Source: Armatimonadota bacterium (lineage in GTDB: Bacteria; Armatimonadota; HRBIN16). From it: a DNA stretch of 64,000 bases. This document shows positions 57,649-64,000 of the stretch, in pieces. The notes beneath the pieces were generated by a model, which saw only the letters and a list, made by a program, of their open reading frames with translations, did no database searches and was not told the origin of the DNA. Numbering within the stretch: the stretch's first letter is position 1; every line of letters starts with the position of its first letter. A program made the translations under genes and the position numbers. The stretch covers positions 4,000,001 to 4,064,000 of the forward strand of contig OY781964.1 of the NCBI GenBank assembly GCA_963677485.1, given 5' to 3'.

Positions 57649-59085
57649 ATGAATATCAGAATCGTAAAAACTACCCTGCAGTTTGTTCTCCTGGCCGCAA
57701 TATGCCTGGCGGTAACGATGGCCTCAGGCTGTGCGAAATCCACACAAGCCCCGAAAGCGATTGCTATGATTGATGCCCTGGCGAAGGGCGACTACGCCAC
57801 CGCAACCGTCGATGTGAACGCGGATATGAAGAACACGCTTTCGGCGGAAGTCCTAAAATCATTATGGACAAAGTTGACAGCCAAATCGGGAGCATATGTA
57901 TCCCACAACGGCTACCGCCAGATCAGTAGGGGTGAATATAAAGCGGTCACTATCCCGTGCAAGTTCGAAAAAGCGGTTTGGGACCTGGAAGTCACTTTTA
58001 ACCGAAATGATCAGGTCGTGGGGATACGCTACAGCCTGCCCGAACAGCAATCCGTCGGGCTAGAAAAAACACCTGCGTATGTTCATAAGGACCGCTTCGA
58101 TGAGCGCAGTGTCAGCTTTAAAAGTGGCGAGGGTAAAGGATCGGATTTAATATTAGCGGTGGAAAAAACCAACACGACTAGTCGTGGTTTCAGCAACACG
58201 ACTAGTCGTGTTTCCATCAAGAATGGTGTCAAGAAGGTTACGGCTACCCTTTCTGTGCCCTATGGAGTGGGCCCGTTTCCCGTCGTCATCCTGGTTCCCG
58301 ACACATCAGTAGAAGGTGCTCAGGGATCAGGGCCTGCGGAACCGCTGCAGGATATCGCCTGGGGCCTGGCATCTCAGGGGATCGCCGCATTGCGGTATGA
58401 TAATACGCTGAGTAACCGGCAACACACGAAAACCTGGACGGTGAACGAAGAGGTTATTGACGATGTGGCGGCGGCGATGAAGTCAATCGAGAACGAAAAG
58501 ATGATCGACCAGCATCGGATTTTCGTGCTTGGGCATGGACTGGCAGGCTATCTGGCTCCACGGATGGGCAGGGATCATCAGCAAATCGCCGGTCTGATTG
58601 TGATGGCTGGAATGGCCCGCCCTCTGGAGGATGTGATTTCGGGTTCAGAGAAATATAAAGCGTTGGCTTTAGAGCCTACAGTGAGTGATTATACGAAAAA
58701 GTCACTGTTGCAGCTAAGTCAGGACGTCTCCAGAGTTAAGATAATCGATCCGTCTGAAAAGGAAACGACGACTGTCCTTGGTCAGCCCATATCCTACTGG
58801 CGCGACCTCTATGGGTATTCCCCGGTGTCTGTGGCCAAGGGGCTCAAGCAACCAATGTTGATCATGCTTGGGGGTCGTGATTATACAGCGACAAATGCCG
58901 ATCTGAAGCTGTGGAAGCAGTTATCCGCTTCACGGGCGAATGTGGCGGTGAAGCTCTATCCCGACTTGAATCAACTGTTCATCTCTGGCAAAGGGATGGC
59001 GACGCCCATCGAGTATGGCATCTACGGCAACGTCCCGCAGCAGGTGGTGAGTGACATCTGTGGCTGGGTACGCGGGCAGAAATAG
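57649..59085 (+). CDS. DUF3887 plus alpha/beta-hydrolase-fold lipoprotein, catalytic Ser and His substituted
   Basis: Lipobox MASGC; GPFPVVILV, DIAWGLASQGIAALRYD, GHGLAG (vs GHSxGG), GGRDY, YPDLNQLF (vs LNHLF). Confidence 0.8.
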   Translation: MNIRIVKTTLQFVLLAAICLAVTMASGCAKSTQAPKAIAMIDALAKGDYATATVDVNADMKNTLSAEVLKSLWTKLTAKSGAYVSHNGYRQISRGEYKAVTIPCKFEKAVWDLEVTFNRNDQVVGIRYSLPEQQSVGLEKTPAYVHKDRFDERSVSFKSGEGKGSDLILAVEKTNTTSRGFSNTTSRVSIKNGVKKVTATLSVPYGVGPFPVVILVPDTSVEGAQGSGPAEPLQDIAWGLASQGIAALRYDNTLSNRQHTKTWTVNEEVIDDVAAAMKSIENEKMIDQHRIFVLGHGLAGYLAPRMGRDHQQIAGLIVMAGMARPLEDVISGSEKYKALALEPTVSDYTKKSLLQLSQDVSRVKIIDPSEKETTTVLGQPISYWRDLYGYSPVSVAKGLKQPMLIMLGGRDYTATNADLKLWKQLSASRANVAVKLYPDLNQLFISGKGMATPIEYGIYGNVPQQVVSDICGWVRGQK

Positions 59086-59109
59086 AGGGTATCTGCGGGG
59101 TTATTGTCT

Positions 59110-59772
59110 GAAACACGGATTGCGCTAATGGGGTTTAAGTGCCGTTTGTCACCAACACCCCATTATGAATCGACCCACTTCGGGGTAGGCTTTCGGCGGT
59201 TCCTTCCAGGGGTTGCGCTGCGCTTACCCCTGGCTATAAGAATCTTACCCACTCCGTGGGTGTCCGGAGGCTGCGACCTTCTAGCATGGTGGTTACAGGC
59301 TAACCGCCAGACCGGCGCGGTTAGGGGAAAACCGCCCCGGACATAGGCAATTGGGCTACAACGGGTTTCCCCCCTGCGCCGGTCGGAGCGAAGCGACACC
59401 GGCCGATAATGATAAGCCGTGCGGTGAGGGAACCCGCACCAACGCAGCTCCTGGAGCGTCAGCTCCCGGATCGGAGTGGTGTGGGTGACTAAACCCGCGG
59501 CAGGGTGGCTGTACCACGGATTTCACGGATGGGGAGGCGACCCCGTCAACCCTTTGCGTCCTTGCACCTTGGCGTCTTTGCGTTGATCTGCTCCACCTTT
59601 TCGCGTCTTCGCGTCTTCGCGTGTCCACATTCCGTATTCGTGTCTACCTGTGTTCATTCGTGGTGAACAAGAAGACCTGTAGGATGAGTACGACGAGTAG
59701 GACGGGGGCTTGCCTTTTCGCGTCTTCGCGTCTTCGCGTGAGCCTTTTTCCATTTGTGTTCATTCGTGGTTA
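59110..59772. repeat. mosaic REP-like cluster (right): full family B, single family A unit, family C, 8/9-mer repeats
   Basis: B 59169-59270, A unit 59304-59348, C 59372-59501; exact 28-bp direct repeat at 59596-59623 and 59713-59740. Confidence 0.78.
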
Positions 59773-59895
59773 AAATACGGCCGGCGTCATCTGTGGAACA
59801 AAACACTATCTTCCGCCCTTGCAATTATCACCTTTCACCGGCACAATATACCAAAGTGGGCTGCTTTTCGTCGTCCACCAGGAGTTTATTCATCG

Positions 59896-62652
59896 ATGCA
59901 TCACAAGTCTTACAATCGCCAACTAGCAGGAATTCTGGCTGCGCTTATAACTGTCTGTGTGGCGTCTTCACCACAAGCCAAAGCCGGTGTTCCAGCTCAA
60001 AAGAATAGGGATAAAGAGATGTCTGCCATTACAAAAATGCACATCACGGGTCCGTTGGGCCAGCGTATCGAAGCGAATCTGAACCAGTGGCTGTTGCCCG
60101 CTCCAGATGCTAACCCGTCTATGGTGGAGATGTTCAACGTCCGGGACCGGTCGCAGCCGTATCCCAACCCACTGGCCTGGTCGGGTGAGTTTTTCGGGAA
60201 ATACTTGATCTCCGCCGTTCAGGCACTTCGCATGACCGAAAGCAAGCAGCTTAAACAAAACATCGAGCAGATGGTCGCGCGTTTTATCAGCCTGCAAAGC
60301 GAAGAGGGCTACATGGGCCCGTTCCCGAAGGCTCAGCGGCTGCGCACCGGCTGGGATGTGTGGGGACATTATCACTGTATGCTGGGGCTCTACCAGTGGT
60401 ACCGTTACTCGGGTGACAAAACCGCGCTGACCTCGGCCATCAAGGCTGCAGACTATATCTGCGACACCTTCTTGAATGGGGATCTTCGCATCTACGATAC
60501 GGGCAGCCTGGAAATGAATATGGGTGTAGTGCATATCATGGGCATTCTGCACCGCGAGACCGGCAACCCTCGCTACCTGCAGCTTATGCGGCAGATTGAA
60601 GAGGATTGGCGCAAGCCAGAGGCGGGAGACTACCTGGAGCAGGCTTTGGCAGGTAAGGACTTCTATAACACACCCAAACCGCGATGGGAGAGCCTGCCCA
60701 TTCTGCAAGGCATCGGCGAGTTCTACCGCATCACGGGCGATGAGAAGTATCGGACCGCGTTGCTGCATGACTGGTACAGCATCCACATGACCGATGTACA
60801 CAACAGCGGCTCCTTCAGCGCAGGTGAGCAGGCGGTCGGCAACCCGTATGTGCCGATGGCTATCGAAACATGCTGCACTGTGGCCTGGATGGCGCTAAGC
60901 ATCGACGCGCTCAAGTTCAGCTCAGACAGCCGCATCGCAGATGCGTTGGAGAACGCCACCTACAACGCCATGCTGGGCGCGCAAAGCCCGACCGGCCGAT
61001 GGTGGACCTACGACACTCCCATGAACGGCCGGCGCGAGGCCGCTACGACGAACATCTACTGGCAATCCCGCCCGGGCAGCCCTGAGTTCAACTGCTGTTC
61101 GGCGAATGGACCTCGCAGCCTGGGTATGCTCAGCGAATGGTCGGTGATGGCGAATGAGCAGGGACTGGCGATCAACAGCTATGCTCCTGGTCAGATCAAC
61201 GCCAAAGATGCACAGGGTCACAAGTGGAAAATCGAGCTCAAGGGCGAGTACCCCGTGGAGCTGGCCACCGAGATCACACTCAAACCAGAGTCGAGTGTCG
61301 AGGCTTGCGTGCGGTTCCGCATCCCTGGCTGGTCGACAAAAACTCAGGTTAAGCTGAACGGAAAGTCACTGGCTATCCCAGAGGCTGGTGAATATCTGGC
61401 TATCACCAGAAAGTGGAAGTCCGGCGATAGAGTTTCCATCCAGTTTGATGAAACGCTGCGTGTGCTCCGCGCCGATCAGCGTCAGCAAAACAACGGCTGC
61501 ATCTACAGAGGGCCTCTGCTGCTGGCGATAGATCAGCACGACAACCCGTATGATCCCGACCAGATGAAGGCGCTGGACGCGGAGAAGCTGGAGTATAAGC
61601 TGCTTAAGCCGCAGGCTCCTCTGGCTCCTATGTGTTCCTTGCAGTTCAAGGACGTAGAGGGTCAGAATGTGGTGCTGCGTGACTTCGCGTCGGCAGGCAA
61701 CCTGGGCACGACCTACCGAAGCTGGATGCCGATGGTCAACACTGCTCCGGCGGCATTCCTGCTGGAATTCCCGGCATATGGTGCGGTGGTGGCTCCAGGG
61801 CGTCTGTCGTTCCGTTGGGGCGATGCCGGTGATGAGTGCAGTTACAAGTTCGAACTGGCTGATAATTCGCAAATGAAGGATCCGCTGGTAGTAAAAGATG
61901 GCCTGACCACATTCTCCGTGGCGTGCGATGATGTGCAGTCCGAGAGGCCGCTTTACTGGCAGGTTACGGCAGTGAACAGCAAGGGCAAGCAGCTCTGTAT
62001 CAACGGTCCTTGGAAGCTGTCCCTCGATGCCAGTATGAAGCCGGACGAAGAGGGTGCTGTGGCACGGGCTGCTATGCATGGCGACGCGAAAGTGGAACTC
62101 GGTGCACTGGTGCAGGCTGTGGCTATCGCGCCAACTTCCAACCACGATGGCGTTGAGAATACCGCGAGCGGCTTCAATGGCGGGTCGAGTAAGATTCAGA
62201 TCAAACCGACCGTGATGCCGTTGCGCGACTACACCGCCAGCTTGTGGGTCAAACCGCTGTATGCTGATCCCAAGAATACTGACAACCGAATGATCATCAG
62301 CGCCTGGCGACTGCCGATGGATGATCCCATGCGCCTGGTGATGATCGGCAACCAGATCATGGGTGCCATTGAGAACGGCGCGAACTACATGACGCCTGGC
62401 ATCCCTGTGGTTCACGGCAAGTGGATACACATCACTATGGTGAAGAAGGGTACCGAACTGGCCGTGTATGTGGATGGCAAGAAGAAGCAAAAGGTGGCTT
62501 GTCCCGAGGAGTTGATCAGTTACGCGGATGATCTGGCCATAGGGGCCAATCCACACTTCGCGATAGGACAGAACTCCTGGTGCGAAGTGTCGGACTTCGT
62601 GCTTTACGCTCGGGCGTTGTCTGATGATGAGATCAAACAGCTTGTGAAGTAG
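59896..62652 (+). CDS. secreted GH127/GH146-like beta-L-arabinofuranosidase with C-terminal LamG/ConA-like domain
   Basis: WSGEFFGKY, ETCCTVAW, NCCSANGPR, RFRIPGW, YRGPLLLA; C-terminal WIHITMV...VYVDGK...YARALSDDEI; SD GGAG before ATG 59896. Confidence 0.82.
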   Translation: MHHKSYNRQLAGILAALITVCVASSPQAKAGVPAQKNRDKEMSAITKMHITGPLGQRIEANLNQWLLPAPDANPSMVEMFNVRDRSQPYPNPLAWSGEFFGKYLISAVQALRMTESKQLKQNIEQMVARFISLQSEEGYMGPFPKAQRLRTGWDVWGHYHCMLGLYQWYRYSGDKTALTSAIKAADYICDTFLNGDLRIYDTGSLEMNMGVVHIMGILHRETGNPRYLQLMRQIEEDWRKPEAGDYLEQALAGKDFYNTPKPRWESLPILQGIGEFYRITGDEKYRTALLHDWYSIHMTDVHNSGSFSAGEQAVGNPYVPMAIETCCTVAWMALSIDALKFSSDSRIADALENATYNAMLGAQSPTGRWWTYDTPMNGRREAATTNIYWQSRPGSPEFNCCSANGPRSLGMLSEWSVMANEQGLAINSYAPGQINAKDAQGHKWKIELKGEYPVELATEITLKPESSVEACVRFRIPGWSTKTQVKLNGKSLAIPEAGEYLAITRKWKSGDRVSIQFDETLRVLRADQRQQNNGCIYRGPLLLAIDQHDNPYDPDQMKALDAEKLEYKLLKPQAPLAPMCSLQFKDVEGQNVVLRDFASAGNLGTTYRSWMPMVNTAPAAFLLEFPAYGAVVAPGRLSFRWGDAGDECSYKFELADNSQMKDPLVVKDGLTTFSVACDDVQSERPLYWQVTAVNSKGKQLCINGPWKLSLDASMKPDEEGAVARAAMHGDAKVELGALVQAVAIAPTSNHDGVENTASGFNGGSSKIQIKPTVMPLRDYTASLWVKPLYADPKNTDNRMIISAWRLPMDDPMRLVMIGNQIMGAIENGANYMTPGIPVVHGKWIHITMVKKGTELAVYVDGKKKQKVACPEELISYADDLAIGANPHFAIGQNSWCEVSDFVLYARALSDDEIKQLVK

Positions 62653-62688
62653 GCGCACGATAAAACTGGTTGAGTGCTCAACCATAGG

Positions 62689-62731
62689 GCGGGATGCGGA
62701 TAGCAGTGTTGCTAATCTGCGTCCCGCTTTT
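62689..62731 (+). terminator. intrinsic terminator after the GH127 gene
   Basis: gcgggatgcgga...tctgcgtcccgc followed by tttt. Confidence 0.65.
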
Positions 62732-62827
62732 GTGTGTGGCTCAAAGTACAGGTTGTCGTACAATAGAGTTGGTATACAAAAGTTGAAATGAATAGATGAT
62801 ACCGCATCTTGAGAGGGGATACGAAAT

Positions 62828-63814
62828 ATGATTTGCGTGATTGGTGGAGCGGGATATATTGGCTCGCATACGGTCAAACAGCTCAACAAGAAGGGTTATC
62901 AAACGCTGGTACTTGACAACCTGGAACTGGGGCATATCGAGGCCGTCAAGTGGGGCGAGTTCGTTCAAGGTGATTATACCGACCGTGCTGTGCTTGATGA
63001 GGTGTTCACAAAGTACCCGATAGATTGCGTGATGCATTTCGCGGCGTATGCCAGCGTGGCGGAGTCGATGACCGACCCTGCGAAGTTTTACCGGTTAAAC
63101 GTGGTCGGTGGATACACCCTGCTTGAGGCGATGCGGGCTCACGGAGTGAACAAAATCATCTTTTCGTCATCGGCCGCCACCTACGGTGAGCCTGTGACCC
63201 TGCCAATCCCTGAGAACCACCCTCAAGACCCTACCAACGCTTACGGTGAATCGAAACTTACCTTTGAGAAGATGCTGAAGTGGTATGACGTGGCCTACGG
63301 CGTGAAGTCCGTCAGTCTGCGTTACTTCAACGCTGCCGGTGCGGATATGGAGGGCGAGCTGGGCGAAGACCATGACCCGGAAACCCACTTGATCCCGCTG
63401 GTGATCGACGCGGTGATGGGTAAACGCGCTAATGTCAAAATCTTTGGTACGGACTATCCGACCTCAGACGGCACCTGCGTTCGTGATTATGTGCATGTGA
63501 CCGACCTGGCCGATGCCCATATGCTGGCCTATGAAAGGCTGCTGGCTGGTGAGGCCACGACCCGCTACAATCTGGGGAACGGTGCCGGAATCTCGGTCAG
63601 GGAGATCATCGATACGGTGGCGCAGGTCTCTGGCAAGGAGGTGCCTGTGGTAGACGCGGATCGCCGTGCTGGTGACCCTGCGCGCCTCGTGGCCAGCAGT
63701 GCCAAAGCGCAGAGCGAACTCGGCTGGGTGCCTCAGTATGGTGATATCCGCAGCATCGTGGAGAGTGCATATCATTGGCGGATCGCCCATCCAAACGGGT
63801 TTGACAAAGCTTGA
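62828..63814 (+). CDS. galE: UDP-glucose 4-epimerase
   Basis: GGAGYIGSH, HFAA, FSSSAATYG, YGESK, LRYFNAAG, DGTCVRDYVHV. Confidence 0.95.
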   Translation: MICVIGGAGYIGSHTVKQLNKKGYQTLVLDNLELGHIEAVKWGEFVQGDYTDRAVLDEVFTKYPIDCVMHFAAYASVAESMTDPAKFYRLNVVGGYTLLEAMRAHGVNKIIFSSSAATYGEPVTLPIPENHPQDPTNAYGESKLTFEKMLKWYDVAYGVKSVSLRYFNAAGADMEGELGEDHDPETHLIPLVIDAVMGKRANVKIFGTDYPTSDGTCVRDYVHVTDLADAHMLAYERLLAGEATTRYNLGNGAGISVREIIDTVAQVSGKEVPVVDADRRAGDPARLVASSAKAQSELGWVPQYGDIRSIVESAYHWRIAHPNGFDKA

Positions 63815-63822
63815 GCCATCGC

Positions 63823-64000
63823 ATGATCAAGCAAGCTGCCGTCGAAGCGTTGTTTCGAGAGTTTTCGGAGAAGAAGCTGCTGGTGTTGGGCGACCTGATG
63901 GTCGATGCCTACATCACCGGCACGGTGGAGCGCATCAGCCCTGAAGCGCCTGTGCCTGTACTGGTGAGCGAACAACGCTTCAGCGTGCCTGGTGGTGCTG
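63823..64000 (+). CDS. hldE: D-glycero-beta-D-manno-heptose-7-phosphate kinase (HldE/RfaE domain I), 3' truncated
   Basis: MIKQ...LLVLGDLMVDAYITGTVERISPEAPVPV...PGGA. Confidence 0.88.
   Translation, partial: MIKQAAVEALFREFSEKKLLVLGDLMVDAYITGTVERISPEAPVPVLVSEQRFSVPGGA

Noticed and set aside
57315-57743. Short ORFs in repeat regions (57315-57743, 59104-59346, 59356-59628, 59523-59753)
   Set aside because: They are translations of palindromes and 8/9-mer repeats (REDAK, TNRRE) with no SD or family motifs.
56745-59772. CRISPR array or integron attC array
   Set aside because: No regularly spaced identical repeats with unique spacers, no cas genes, no RYYYAAC...GTTRRRY boxes and no integrase.

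Overview
Bacterial chromosomal segment of roughly 55-60% GC (judged by eye). It comes from a diderm, polysaccharide-degrading organism: hldE, lnt/lspA, mqnD, dapL, a Ycf45/SpoIIIAA-R3H ATPase and many secreted CAZymes. That mix suggests Armatimonadota or a similar lineage, but this is inference only. About 50 CDSs and one tRNA-Arg(CCG) are supported. Housekeeping blocks are miaA-hfq-dapF-dapL-hflX, rfbD-ileS-lspA, galE-hldE, mqnD and folB. They are interleaved with accessory genes: GH51, GH116, GH127-LamG, GH50-like, beta-helix proteins, two orphan GH-like proteins, a UPF1-like helicase and a DUF4268 protein. No CRISPR array, integrase, transposase, prophage or rRNA is visible. The most notable features are: (1) several palindromic REP/REPIN-like families, some with compensatory base changes, that form mosaic clusters; two clusters bracket as degenerate direct repeats a catalytically dead alpha/beta-hydrolase lipoprotein gene; (2) a rubrerythrin with a Sec-type signal peptide next to a His-rich DUF2231 membrane protein; (3) tandem amt paralogues sharing a conserved two-hairpin leader; (4) a GALK2-like kinase translationally coupled to a nucleotidyltransferase; (5) an SF1 helicase with a degenerate PLD-like domain and Zn ribbons beside the tRNA; (6) several apparently leaderless genes. 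All family assignments come from motif recognition, not database searches.
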